Positions 42,456 through 52,776 of a stretch of 64,000 nucleotides of DNA are shown one piece after another. The notes beneath the pieces are model-generated. The model did not search any database, was not told the DNA's origin, and was given only the letters and a program-made list of their open reading frames with translations. This stretch comes from Bacteroidales bacterium (lineage in GTDB: Bacteria; Bacteroidota; Bacteroidia; Bacteroidales; Bacteroidaceae), in NCBI GenBank assembly GCA_018064685.1, contig JAGHUS010000163.1:2666-66665 (forward strand), read 5' to 3'. Every line of letters begins with the position of its first letter. The stretch's first letter is position 1. Both the position numbers and the translations under genes were made by a program.

Positions 42456-44414
42456 ATGAAGAAGATACTCTTTATCATAGGCCTGATGATAGTCGCCCTG
42501 CACACACAGTCTGCCATACAGCATAGTGCGAAGCTGCACTACGAAGACAGCCTCATGGGGATGAAGATGCAAGCAGCAACGGACAAGGGGCAGGAGAAGG
42601 TGAACGAGAAGCATCGCTACACACTCTTCAGCGACGGGATGCCCAACGATGCCGTGGTGAGGATCAAGGGCAAGGAGTTCAGAGGACTTAACGCACAAGG
42701 CAACCAGAGCATAGAGCTGGATACCCTCACAGTTGAGGACGTGAAGGTGGAGGTGGGAGATGGCTATCGCGCCAAGGTGACGGTGGATAATGCTAACTAT
42801 CAGGTGAATATAGAATTCATACAGACATCATCGGCCAACTATTCGGGCATAAATGCCACCCAAGAACAGAAGGAGGGAACGATGCCATGTGCCACGCTGA
42901 TGTATGCCGTGCCCGGAGCGGAGTATATGCACAAACTGGTGACAAACGCCGGAGAGACGGTGACAGACGTTGACTTCGGGAGCATCAGCACCCTGACACT
43001 GAGGGACGACCGCCTTGCCACGGGCAATAGATACAAATACGTGCATGGCAGAGCTCCCAAGAAGGAAGGAGAATACAGCTACACAGTGCTGTTGAGAGGC
43101 AAAGACGGAGAGGCCACGCAGGTGACGGTACGATTGGTGGTAAGCCGACATCTGCAGTCGCCCACCCCGATGATGGCCTGGCTGACGTGGAACTGGTTTG
43201 CACGTGCCATCAGTCATGACAAAATGGTGGAGATAGCCAAGGGACTGAAGAGGCACGGCCTTATCGATGCGGGCTTCAGCACCATCGTGCTGGACGACGC
43301 ATGGGCCTCGCCCACCAACGACAAAGCCGCACTGAACTATGATGCAGAGAAGTTCCCCAAGGGCATAAGTGGATTGAAGAGGGCATTGCAGAAAACGGAC
43401 AAACGCTTGAAGGTGGGCATATACAGCGATGCGGGCAGCATGACGTGCGAAAACTACCAACCGGGCTCCTATCAGCATGAGGCACAGCACCTTGCACTCT
43501 TCGACCAGTGGGGCGTAGACATGCTGAAGTACGACTACTGCAACTCAGAGGCCAGCACCACGGTTAGCTATTCGCGCATGGGCGATGCAATAGGACAACT
43601 GAACGAGCAGCGCCGTGCCAGGGGGCACAAACCCTTTGTGTTCAACATCTGCGAATGGGGCAAGACGCAACCATGGCTATGGGGATCCGAGGCGGGTGGT
43701 TCAAGCTGGCGATCGACAAGCGATGCACGTGAAGACTGGGTAGGTAACAGTTCGCGTCCCGGTGTGCTGGCAGGTGTCGACGAGACACGCCGACTGTGGA
43801 TGTATGCGGGTGTGAACCGTTTCAACGATCTTGACATGATGTGCATCGGTCTGCATGGATTGGGAGGTCCAAGCAACAACACCATGCACCACATGCAGAA
43901 CGGTGGCAAGATAGAGGGGCTTACCGATGCACAGGCACGCACACAGATGTCGCTGTGGTGCATGCTAGCTAGTCCACTGTCACTGACATGCGACCTCCGC
44001 TCTGCCCCCAAGGGCGAAGCTAACAGCAGTCAGCCAATGCCCAACACACTCATCACAAAAGCTGACATAGAAACACTTACGAACAGAGATATCCTGTCGA
44101 TAAACCAAGATGCACTGGGACAGCAGGCCGAGTACATGGAACAGCTGTCGACCGGTACCGACTACTCCGATACGGGTTATGACATCTACGTAAAGGATTT
44201 GACAGGCGGCAGAAAGGCTGTATCGATAACGAACCGTGCATTGACACCCATCCCAAGCATCGACATTCCCCTCACAAGTCTTTACATGAAGGCGGGTAAG
44301 AAGTATAAGTGCCGCGAGGTATGGAGTCGGAAGACAACAACCATACAGGACACCCTCAGCACAGGCACACTGGATGCGTGCGAGACAAAAGTGTTTGTTT
44401 TAGTTAATAGTTAA
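42456..44414 (+). CDS. GH27 family alpha-galactosidase/alpha-N-acetylgalactosaminidase-like enzyme with ~230-aa N-terminal extra domain
   Basis: ATG 42456, 30 nt after TACTTTTG box; LTWNWF, IVLDDAWA, DMLKYDYCN, NICEWGK, WRSTSDAREDW GH27 motifs. Confidence 0.8.
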   Translation: MKKILFIIGLMIVALHTQSAIQHSAKLHYEDSLMGMKMQAATDKGQEKVNEKHRYTLFSDGMPNDAVVRIKGKEFRGLNAQGNQSIELDTLTVEDVKVEVGDGYRAKVTVDNANYQVNIEFIQTSSANYSGINATQEQKEGTMPCATLMYAVPGAEYMHKLVTNAGETVTDVDFGSISTLTLRDDRLATGNRYKYVHGRAPKKEGEYSYTVLLRGKDGEATQVTVRLVVSRHLQSPTPMMAWLTWNWFARAISHDKMVEIAKGLKRHGLIDAGFSTIVLDDAWASPTNDKAALNYDAEKFPKGISGLKRALQKTDKRLKVGIYSDAGSMTCENYQPGSYQHEAQHLALFDQWGVDMLKYDYCNSEASTTVSYSRMGDAIGQLNEQRRARGHKPFVFNICEWGKTQPWLWGSEAGGSSWRSTSDAREDWVGNSSRPGVLAGVDETRRLWMYAGVNRFNDLDMMCIGLHGLGGPSNNTMHHMQNGGKIEGLTDAQARTQMSLWCMLASPLSLTCDLRSAPKGEANSSQPMPNTLITKADIETLTNRDILSINQDALGQQAEYMEQLSTGTDYSDTGYDIYVKDLTGGRKAVSITNRALTPIPSIDIPLTSLYMKAGKKYKCREVWSRKTTTIQDTLSTGTLDACETKVFVLVNS

Positions 44415-44458
44415 TCGGTTTTATGGTTTTACGGTTTTACGGTTAATCGGTTTTACGG
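44403..44458. repeat. GTTAATCGG/GGTTTTACGG stutter overlapping the GH27 stop codon
   Basis: gttaatagTTAAtcggttttatggttttacggttttacggttaatcggttttacgg (stop at 44412-44414). Confidence 0.85.
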
Positions 44459-44497
44459 AATAACCATTTGACTGATTGTATTTGGACAGTATCTGGC

Positions 44498-44536
44498 TTA
44501 AAACCTATAAAACTTACAACCTAAAAACTCACAACC
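44498..44536. repeat. AAAACNTANAACC stutter abutting the S1 peptidase stop codon, partly complementary to 44403-44458
   Basis: ttaaaacctataaaacttacaacctaaaaactcacaacc, then stop 44537-44539. Confidence 0.8.
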
Positions 44537-45409
44537 TTATTTCCCCAACAGTCGTTTCAACACCTTGACGGGAATACCCACACGAAGCACCATCTGCGGA
44601 TTGCGTCGCTCTTCGTCGTAGAAGATAGACGTGGTACCCTTCACCATGCCTACCAGGTTGCCACGGTCGTCCATGAACGGACCACCACTCGAACCCTCGG
44701 CAAAGTCGGCCGTCACCTCCATGAGATCAAGGACAGGACGGTCGGGATAGTTATACATGGTGTTGCGCGACACAAAGCCCTGCGTGTAGGTATATAGCAT
44801 CTGTTTAGGGTGCGATATGAGGTTGACGTGCGAACCCGTAGCAGCATCCTGTCCCAAGGGGATGGCTTCGAGCTTTTGTCCGCGTGTGTCGACACGAATG
44901 ACAGCTATGTCCTCGTCGCGCGAATAGGCCATGACCTCGACGATGGGGAAGATCTGTCCGTCGCGATCGGCCAGGAAATAGGCACTGTCACCTTTCAGGA
45001 CACCTTCGCGCGAGACGATGGGATGCACCATGTGATAGTTGGCCAGGCAGACGCCGTCCTCGGTGATGGCCGTAGCCGTAGCGATGAGCGAGAGATGCAT
45101 CTTGGGGCACTCGCCGCACGAATACATCTTGCCGAAGATAAGGGCACCATTCAGTCGCTTGGTATAGAGCTGTTCGGGAGTGAGAACATCTGTCGAGGCA
45201 GCAGGCAGGTTGAGCTTGAACTGCGACGACATGGTGCGATGCACATTACGCGTCAGTGTCTTCATGCCCCACTCCTCATGTCCAGGCAGCTCGGCCAGCG
45301 CATTCGTTTCGATGCTGCTCATGATCCTGTACACAGGTATGGTTTGTGCAAAGAGACTTAGGTTTGCAGCAAGCAAAAATGCTGCAGCGATAGCAAAAAA
45401 TCTTTTCAT
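44537..45409 (-). CDS. Secreted trypsin-like (S1 family) serine peptidase
   Basis: Start moved to ATG 45409 (MKRFFAIAAAFLLAANLSLFAQ); GSSGGPFMDDRGNLVGMV active-site Ser motif; CAAAAGTA box at 45440-45447. Confidence 0.75.
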   Translation of the reverse strand: MKRFFAIAAAFLLAANLSLFAQTIPVYRIMSSIETNALAELPGHEEWGMKTLTRNVHRTMSSQFKLNLPAASTDVLTPEQLYTKRLNGALIFGKMYSCGECPKMHLSLIATATAITEDGVCLANYHMVHPIVSREGVLKGDSAYFLADRDGQIFPIVEVMAYSRDEDIAVIRVDTRGQKLEAIPLGQDAATGSHVNLISHPKQMLYTYTQGFVSRNTMYNYPDRPVLDLMEVTADFAEGSSGGPFMDDRGNLVGMVKGTTSIFYDEERRNPQMVLRVGIPVKVLKRLLGK

Positions 45410-45439
45410 ATATATTATTCGGCAATATTCTTTCTGATG

Positions 45440-45447
45440 CAAAAGTA
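45440..45447 (-). promoter_or_regulatory. -7 box (TACTTTTG on minus strand) for S1 peptidase gene
   Basis: CAAAAGTA on the plus strand, 31 nt upstream of ATG 45409. Confidence 0.5.
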
Positions 45448-45531
45448 ATAAAAAACCTGTGCTATGCCTAAAGAAAAAGGAAAAAAAACATGTTAGCAAA
45501 AGAAAAGACCTATTAATTTGAAAAAAATTAT

Positions 45532-45539
45532 TATCTTTG
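45532..45539 (+). promoter_or_regulatory. -7 box TATCTTTG for SusC-like gene
   Basis: Exact TAnnTTTG, 20 nt before ATG 45559. Confidence 0.5.
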
Positions 45540-45558
45540 CGCACAAATAAAATATAAA

Positions 45559-48500
45559 ATGACAAAAGGAAAACTATTACGGATGTACTTTGCGCTTGCA
45601 CTGCTGTGCTGTTCTGACGTAACGCTTGACACATACGCACAGGGCCAGCATGACGGCAAGAAGATTGCACAGAAGATGGAATACATCAAAGGACGTGTGC
45701 TGGACGAAGAGGGCGAACCTCTGCCCGGAGCAAAGGTCATCGCGCAAATGAAGAATGGCGACACAACAATGTCGATAACCGACAACAACGGTCACTTCTC
45801 GATTGCTGCCACTGGCAAGGAGGTCAGCGTCGTAGTGTCGTATATGGGATATGCCGACAACAAGCAGGCCGTGAAGGGAGGCAAGGACAGCTACACCTTC
45901 AACATGAAGCCCGACGAGAACGTGATGGGCGAGGTGGCCGTGACGGGTTACAACACCATCGACAAGCGTAAGCTGACGAGCAGCATCACCACTCTGTCGA
46001 AGGAGGATCTGGACTTCAAGGGTGCACTGACAGTGGACCAGATGCTGGAGGGCAAGGTGGCCGGATTGCTGTCCATCACCACCAGCACCACTCCGGGTGC
46101 CGCACCCCAGATGCGTCTGCGCGGAACGACAACCTTCACGGGCACACGCGAACCGCTGTGGGTCATTGACGGCGTGGTGTATGAGAATCCCGTGCCGGTA
46201 AGTGCCGACGAGATAAACTCGCTGGACAACATCAACATCATCGGCAATGCCATCTCGGGACTTAACCCTCAGGACATCGAGCGCATCGACGTGCTGAAGG
46301 ATGCCTCGGCCACAGCCATATACGGAACACGTGCCGCCAACGGTGTCATCGTGGTGACGACCAAGACGGGACAGGTGGGACGTACCAGCGTGAACTACTC
46401 GTTCAACGCTCAGGCACAGCGCCGCCCGCACTATAGCGACTTCAACCTTATGACCTCGAAGCAGCGTATCGACGTGAGTCGCGAGATCATGGACAAGGGT
46501 CTTTTCTTCGAAACGATGCCCGAACGCTACGGCTACGAGGGAGCGATGATGAACTATTGGGACAAGAAGATCACCTTCGACGAGTTCCGCCAACAGGTGT
46601 CGCAGATGGAGGCTAACAACACCGACTGGTTTGGTGCTCTCTATCGCAACGCCTTCTCACAGACGCACAATGTAAATCTGAGCGGTGGAACTTCGAGCAC
46701 ACGTTTCTATGCATCAATAGGTTATGACAAGGACAAGGGCACGGAACGCAATACCGATCTGCAGCGCTTCACGGCTCGCATGAACCTCACCTCGCATCTG
46801 GGAGAAAAAGTGACAATCGACCTTCGACTGAGCGGTTCGGCACAGGATGCCAACTACAACTCGCCCTACTACAGCGCCTTCGACGAGGCATACTACACCA
46901 ACCGCATCTTCCCATGCTATAATGCAGACGGCACGTATTCGTACATCAAGACGCTGATAAAAGAGGACCAGACGACAGGACGCAACGTGTATGGCGACTA
47001 TAACATCCTGCATGAGTTTGACAATAGCGGACAGACGGTGAAGAACAAGTCGCTGAACCTGACCGGAACACTGAACTGGGAGATTCTGGAGGGATTGCGC
47101 TACACCACCACGCTGGGTTACACCTCGACAAGCAACAACACCGAGAACTGGATTGGTGAGAACACCTTCTACTGTGCTCAGCTGCGTGGCTATGCCGACG
47201 AGATGCCTCGCGCCGATGCCTTCATGCAGTCGGTGCTGCAGGATGGTGGTATATGGTCGGGATCGGCCATCGACCAGAAGTCGTATATCTGGCGTAACCA
47301 ACTTAACTACAACTTCGACCTGAAGAACAAGCATTACTTCAACTTCGACCTCGGACACGAGGTGACATCAACGCAGTATCGCGGACACAACACGGGTCAG
47401 ATACCAGGCTACAGTCCCGAGCAGGGCGAGTCGTTCATACCCGTATGGGCTGGTTCGGCCATCGATGCACAGCAGTACTACTGGTATCTGCGACAGTGGT
47501 TCATGGGAGCCGAGAACACACCTTCGGCATTCCCCACCATCACAGCCAAGAAGAACAACAAACTGTCGTTCTACCTCACTGCCACCTATTCCTTCAAGAA
47601 CTTCTTCTCGCTGAACTTCAATGCCCGCAACGATGGCAGCAACCAGTTCGGACAGTACGAGAAGGCCAAGTTCAACCCCGTATGGTCGGCATCAGGGCGT
47701 GTCAACCTGCACGAGATGGGATTCATGAAGGATGTAGATTGGGTGGACAACCTGTCGGTACGTGGTTCGTACGGCTATCGTGGAAGCGTGCCTAATGCCA
47801 CGCCCTACCTCATCCTCACCACGCCGCGCAAGAGCAGCGTGAGCGGTGAGCTCTCGGCGTCCATCCACGACTATCCCAACGCCAATCTGGCATGGGAGAA
47901 GACCTCGACATGGAACCTGGGCATCGACGCGTCAATGCTGAAGAACCGCATCAACGTGGGCATCGACCTCTACCGCAGCCTTTCCACCGACCTGATAAGC
48001 AACCGCTCGGTGTCGCTCGTCAACGGTACGACGTCGCTCTACTTCAACGACGGAGAGGCCACGAATACGGGTGTCGAGTTCACCATCAACACACTGAACA
48101 TCAAGACAAAGGACTTCCGCTGGCGCACCTCGTTCATGTATTCGTACAACAAGAATAAGATAAAGCGAGGCATCATATCCACCAACACCTATGCCGACTA
48201 CATCAACGGTTCGGTGGTGCTAGATGGCAATAGCGTGGACGGTTTCTACTCGTACAAGTTCAACGGATTGGATGCCAACGGATTGCCTACATTCAAAAAC
48301 CTGACAGGCAACAAGGCAGGACTTACACGCGACCAGTTCCTGCAAACCATCCTCACTTATAGCGGAATGCGCACGCCTCGCAGCCATGGCAGCTTCTCGA
48401 CAGAGTTTGCGTGGAAGGGCATCACCTTGCGTGCGCAGTTCACTTATAAGGTTGGCTACAAGCAGCGTCTGCTGGCGCTGTACCAGAACGGCACCTCTGC

Positions 48501-48966
48501 CCTACCCCAGCCGCAGGACAACATGAACGCTGACTTCGTGAACCGCTGGCGCAACCCTGGCGACGAGGCACACACTAGCATACCTGTGCTGTCGAACGCA
48601 TCGCTCAACTACCGTTCGCCCTCAACCTTGAACAGCTACAACGACACGTATCTCGACGTAGATCAGGCATACGCCACCTACTGCGGCCCAGCCTCGTACA
48701 CGGGTTGGTACATGTACAACAACTCCGACGAACGCGTGGTAAACGCCAGTCACATCCGCTTCCGCTCGCTCACGCTGGGCTATGACCTGCCCAAGGAGTG
48801 GCTAAGCAAGATAAAGGTTACGAACTGCCGCATCGACTTCCAGGCACAGAACATTGCTGTATGGGCCTTCGACAAAAAACTGAAGGGACAAGATCCCGAC
48901 CAGGTAGCATCCATCGGCATGCCCGTCCTACCCACCTTCAACTTCGGCGTACAACTGGGATTCTAA
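45559..48966 (+). CDS. SusC/RagA-family TonB-dependent outer-membrane transporter
   Basis: ATG 45559; carboxypeptidase-regulatory-like IKGRVLDEEGEPLPGAKVI; plug IERIDVLKDASATAIYGTRAANGVIVVTTK; no N-terminal STN extension; ends ..FNFGVQLGF. Confidence 0.9.
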   Translation: MTKGKLLRMYFALALLCCSDVTLDTYAQGQHDGKKIAQKMEYIKGRVLDEEGEPLPGAKVIAQMKNGDTTMSITDNNGHFSIAATGKEVSVVVSYMGYADNKQAVKGGKDSYTFNMKPDENVMGEVAVTGYNTIDKRKLTSSITTLSKEDLDFKGALTVDQMLEGKVAGLLSITTSTTPGAAPQMRLRGTTTFTGTREPLWVIDGVVYENPVPVSADEINSLDNINIIGNAISGLNPQDIERIDVLKDASATAIYGTRAANGVIVVTTKTGQVGRTSVNYSFNAQAQRRPHYSDFNLMTSKQRIDVSREIMDKGLFFETMPERYGYEGAMMNYWDKKITFDEFRQQVSQMEANNTDWFGALYRNAFSQTHNVNLSGGTSSTRFYASIGYDKDKGTERNTDLQRFTARMNLTSHLGEKVTIDLRLSGSAQDANYNSPYYSAFDEAYYTNRIFPCYNADGTYSYIKTLIKEDQTTGRNVYGDYNILHEFDNSGQTVKNKSLNLTGTLNWEILEGLRYTTTLGYTSTSNNTENWIGENTFYCAQLRGYADEMPRADAFMQSVLQDGGIWSGSAIDQKSYIWRNQLNYNFDLKNKHYFNFDLGHEVTSTQYRGHNTGQIPGYSPEQGESFIPVWAGSAIDAQQYYWYLRQWFMGAENTPSAFPTITAKKNNKLSFYLTATYSFKNFFSLNFNARNDGSNQFGQYEKAKFNPVWSASGRVNLHEMGFMKDVDWVDNLSVRGSYGYRGSVPNATPYLILTTPRKSSVSGELSASIHDYPNANLAWEKTSTWNLGIDASMLKNRINVGIDLYRSLSTDLISNRSVSLVNGTTSLYFNDGEATNTGVEFTINTLNIKTKDFRWRTSFMYSYNKNKIKRGIISTNTYADYINGSVVLDGNSVDGFYSYKFNGLDANGLPTFKNLTGNKAGLTRDQFLQTILTYSGMRTPRSHGSFSTEFAWKGITLRAQFTYKVGYKQRLLALYQNGTSALPQPQDNMNADFVNRWRNPGDEAHTSIPVLSNASLNYRSPSTLNSYNDTYLDVDQAYATYCGPASYTGWYMYNNSDERVVNASHIRFRSLTLGYDLPKEWLSKIKVTNCRIDFQAQNIAVWAFDKKLKGQDPDQVASIGMPVLPTFNFGVQLGF

Positions 48967-48970
48967 AAAA

Positions 48971-49070
48971 GTTCAGAGTGGAGAGTTCTGAGTGGAGAGT
49001 TCCGAGTGGAGAGTGGAAAGATTAGAGATTTGAGATCTGAGAATTGAGATTTGAGAGGAGATGATAAGCA
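48971..49070. repeat. C-poor stutter in the SusC-SusD spacer (14-bp GTTCNGAGTGGAGA x3, then GAGATTTGAGA words)
   Basis: gttcagagtggaga gttctgagtggaga gttccgagtggaga gtggaaagattagagatttgagatctgagaattgagatttgagagg. Confidence 0.85.
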
Positions 49071-49179
49071 TCTTTTTGATTTAAGAGATTTGATTCGGAT
49101 TCTTTAATATAAAGAGGAAACGTGCGGCAAGAGTAAAGAAAAAATTGCCGATAAGACAAGACGAGAAAAGAATAATAAA

Positions 49180-50697
49180 ATGAAGATATACAAGACAACA
49201 AAAGCGCTGCTGATGGCCTTCATACTGGGTGCTTCGCTCACCTCGTGCAGCAACTTCCTGGACGAGGAGGACAAGGACCTTGTGATACCGGAGACGGTGA
49301 CACAGTACGAGGCCATGCTGCACAAGGAGGCATTCCTCGAGGTGTCGTGGTTCTACATGTCCGACCTCATGACCGACGACATCACCGAAAACCCCTTGGC
49401 CACCACCTCGGCCAAGAACACATACAAGAGCCTCTACACCTGGAAGCGCGATGTAGAGCGCGATGGCGAGGGACAGGTCATAACGGCTACCAACAGCATG
49501 TGGCAGAACCTGTACAGCGACATCCTGGTGGCGAACTACATCATCGAGAATGGCATGAAGGCCACAGGCACAGCCGAGCAGCGAAACCAGCTGGTGGCAG
49601 AGGCCTACTTCGTGCGTGGACGTGCCTACCTCGAGCTGGTCAACATCTACGCACCCGTGTATGATGCTGCCACGGCAGCCAACACGCCTGGCGTACCCCT
49701 TCGCCTCGACACGGGCGTATCGAACGATTACACACGCGCATCGGTGGCCGAGGTGTACAACAGGATAGAGGCCGACCTGAAGGAAGCCATCAAGCTGTTC
49801 GCTCAAACCTCAGTAAAGAAATCACTATGGCATCCCAATGCCGATGCAGCTCAACTGCTGCTCTCGCGCGCGTATTTATATAAAGGTGAATGGCAGAAGG
49901 TGGTGGATGCCACCGAGCAGTTGGCACAACGTCCGCTGTACGACCTGACACGCCGACCAAATGCGCCTATGATAGTCGAGACCAACACCGAGGTGCTGCA
50001 CAGCTACGGTTCGCCCGCCTCGCTCTACCCCGGCACCGACGAGTCGCTAGGCATCATGGACATTCCGTCCATCTACCAAACCAACCTCACCACCTGCACC
50101 TATGGTGCATCCGAGGACCTGCTCTCGCGCTTCGCCCTTGCCACCAACGACTGCCGCAAATACACCTGGGTCATCAATCCGCAAGGCGGCACAAGCATTA
50201 CGGTTCCAGCAAAATGGCACGGACAATTCACCCAGGTTGGTGCATACACTTACCGTCTGGCCGAAGCGTACCTGAACCGCGCCGAGGCAATGGCCGCACT
50301 GAGCAAGACGAACGAGGCACAGACGCTGATGACGAAATATCTGACCACGCGCATAGCCAACTTCTCGGCACAGCGTGCCACCTACATGCCAGCATCAACC
50401 GACCCGCTGGAGTGGCGCAAGTTCATCGTCGACCAGCGACGACTGGAGTTCTGCTTCGAGGACATGCGCTGGTTCGACCTGCGCCGCATCAATGCATGGT
50501 ATCCCCACACGCTGTCGCATACGTTCACACTGGCTTCGACAGCATCAGGTTCGACCAACGTCACCGTACAGGGCACTGAGCATTACACGCTCAACCCATC
50601 ATCGCCCAACTACGTGTTCGAAATACCCGAATCGGAAACGCAAATCAACACCACCATCTCGGCTTATGGCAAGCGAGAGGAAATAATCAATGAATAG
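49180..50697 (+). CDS. SusD/RagB-family outer-membrane lipoprotein
   Basis: ATG 49180; lipobox ASLTSC; AEAYFVRGRAYLEL, LAEAYLNRAEA, QRRLEFCFEDMRWFDLRR. Confidence 0.9.
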   Translation: MKIYKTTKALLMAFILGASLTSCSNFLDEEDKDLVIPETVTQYEAMLHKEAFLEVSWFYMSDLMTDDITENPLATTSAKNTYKSLYTWKRDVERDGEGQVITATNSMWQNLYSDILVANYIIENGMKATGTAEQRNQLVAEAYFVRGRAYLELVNIYAPVYDAATAANTPGVPLRLDTGVSNDYTRASVAEVYNRIEADLKEAIKLFAQTSVKKSLWHPNADAAQLLLSRAYLYKGEWQKVVDATEQLAQRPLYDLTRRPNAPMIVETNTEVLHSYGSPASLYPGTDESLGIMDIPSIYQTNLTTCTYGASEDLLSRFALATNDCRKYTWVINPQGGTSITVPAKWHGQFTQVGAYTYRLAEAYLNRAEAMAALSKTNEAQTLMTKYLTTRIANFSAQRATYMPASTDPLEWRKFIVDQRRLEFCFEDMRWFDLRRINAWYPHTLSHTFTLASTASGSTNVTVQGTEHYTLNPSSPNYVFEIPESETQINTTISAYGKREEIINE

Positions 50698-52678
50698 AAT
50701 GCATACAAACAGAATACATAAACTGATAATGGCAGTTATGGTGTTCGCCACCATGGGCATGCTAAACTCGTGCAAAGAGAGCGAGGACGTGACGCCCAGC
50801 AATGCCGACACAAACCGCCTGGAGGGATTGCTCGACCGCAGCATCCCCGACATTGCCGACTTCTGCGACAAGTACGGCACTTACGTATTGTATAATTTCG
50901 ACCAGCGTCTCGACTTCGCATACCAGTTCGAACAGGCTACGGCATGGGAGAACGCGAAGCTGACACGCCTGGATCAAAATGGCGCAAAAGACGCCATGAC
51001 GTGGCTAAAAGCCAACGTCTTCTCGCACTACAGCGACGACTTCAAGGCGAAGTATTTGCCTCGTAAATTCCTCATCACGCAGAAGATAGAGAGCAACTCC
51101 GAGTTGGGACGCTCCACCCCCAAGAACGGCATTCACAATGCTGTGGCCAACATCAACAGCATCACGGTCGGAGCCTATACCAATGCGCAGGACATCGACC
51201 GTGCCATCCTCTCCGACTACCTCATCAACGCCCGCGGTGAAGCTCCTGTGGGCAATGAGTTCTACGAGGTGTCGAACACGTACTACTCCACCCTGATGGA
51301 CGAGAGCCGAAGACAAGCACACATACTGCTGCACGAGAATCCTGAGTTCTTCCACGACTATGGTTTCCTCAATCCCGTTGACGACGACGCCACCTACTTC
51401 CCCAGTGCCCGTCTCGACCTGGTGCAGTATGTCGACTCGCTCGTGGGCATGACACAGGAGCTGCACGACAAGATCATGAACAACGAGAATAGCGACATGC
51501 TGGTCAAGATGGCTTATGTGGCTCACGGCCTTAAGGCCATAGGCGTTGAGGTGGCAGAACTCAACCCTTATGCAGTAGATTTCCTCGAGGTCAACATCTC
51601 GGGCATCAACCCCAGCGTTCGCTTCACCAACATACCGGCTGCCTTCACGGCAGAGGAAACAGTAGAGTTCACCGTGCTGCGCGGCGAGAACAACCTGCAG
51701 AAGGCCGAGGTGTACATGCACGGCGAACTGATCCAGACATTCGACCTGTCGGAGCAGAGCGATGCACCGGCCATACAGCTTAAGGCCACACTCAAGAGTC
51801 TGCAGCCCAAAGCCAACGTGTTCAGCGTATGGGTGTACGAAGAGGGCAAGACACGCCCGTCGGCCAAGATCAGCAACACGATAACATACTACGCCAACAA
51901 TAACGTACTGCTGCTCAACATACAGGACGACAATGACAACACCTACACGCGCGAGAACTACAACCTGAAGGTGGATTACAACGACTATGTCATCGAGGGC
52001 ATTGAACCGATGAAGGACATCATAACTGTGACGTTCTATCATAAGGCGAAGTTTGATGGTGCAACCTTCATGGAGTATGGTCACGAGAAGCGATACTGGC
52101 GTATGCACTTCAGCGCAGGCAAGGTGGATTGGATCGAGGAATACGAGAACGTGGTAGACTACGAGAACTACAAGTCTAGCGACATCTACCGCCATAAGTA
52201 CGCATACAACTACGACGAAGAGGGCAACCTGGAAAGCGTAGTGAAAGAAGCTGATGGCAACAAGCAGACGGTAGTGAGCGACGTAGAAACCATCAACAAC
52301 GAGATTGTAAGCTATAAAGTTAAGGTAAACAGCTCGATGGTAAGCTACAAACCCCGATACTCCGAGCTGGACAACAAGACACGCATCGACCTGATGGATG
52401 AAGCACTGTCGGGAGCATCATTCGTGTATAAGGGAGGAGAAGAGGAGAATCCGTACTACATAGCAGGTCTTCCCGCCGTATTACCAGGCAACGTGACAGA
52501 CATCTCGCTCCACTTCCTCTACAACCCCTATCTGTTCAACGCCATCGACGACGCCAACGGCAACTGCATCTGGAATGGCGGTTGGAACATCGACCGCTCC
52601 GATGCCAAGAACCCATTCATCGGTGCTACGGTGACAAGAGGAACAAAAGAGTGGTACTACCGATTTATACTTAAATAA
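50690..52678 (+). CDS. Hypothetical surface lipoprotein of the Sus-like locus, C-terminal YD-like repeats
   Basis: ATG overlaps SusD stop by 8 nt; lipobox MGMLNSC; YAYNYDEEGNLESVV YD-like motif; no HExxH found. Confidence 0.7.
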   Translation: MNRMHTNRIHKLIMAVMVFATMGMLNSCKESEDVTPSNADTNRLEGLLDRSIPDIADFCDKYGTYVLYNFDQRLDFAYQFEQATAWENAKLTRLDQNGAKDAMTWLKANVFSHYSDDFKAKYLPRKFLITQKIESNSELGRSTPKNGIHNAVANINSITVGAYTNAQDIDRAILSDYLINARGEAPVGNEFYEVSNTYYSTLMDESRRQAHILLHENPEFFHDYGFLNPVDDDATYFPSARLDLVQYVDSLVGMTQELHDKIMNNENSDMLVKMAYVAHGLKAIGVEVAELNPYAVDFLEVNISGINPSVRFTNIPAAFTAEETVEFTVLRGENNLQKAEVYMHGELIQTFDLSEQSDAPAIQLKATLKSLQPKANVFSVWVYEEGKTRPSAKISNTITYYANNNVLLLNIQDDNDNTYTRENYNLKVDYNDYVIEGIEPMKDIITVTFYHKAKFDGATFMEYGHEKRYWRMHFSAGKVDWIEEYENVVDYENYKSSDIYRHKYAYNYDEEGNLESVVKEADGNKQTVVSDVETINNEIVSYKVKVNSSMVSYKPRYSELDNKTRIDLMDEALSGASFVYKGGEEENPYYIAGLPAVLPGNVTDISLHFLYNPYLFNAIDDANGNCIWNGGWNIDRSDAKNPFIGATVTRGTKEWYYRFILK

Positions 52679-52742
52679 AAGACTACACCCCTAGCCCCGC
52701 TCCAAGGCGGGGAATGGAATAAAGACAGTGAGTGAATACGTA

Positions 52743-52776
52743 GCACAGCCAATTATGAATTAAGAATTATGAATTA
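52743..52776. repeat. GC-head + AATTATGAATT element containing the TlpA-1 start codon
   Basis: GCACAGCCAATTATGAATTAAGAATTATGAATTA; ATG 52769 lies inside the last word. Confidence 0.8.
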
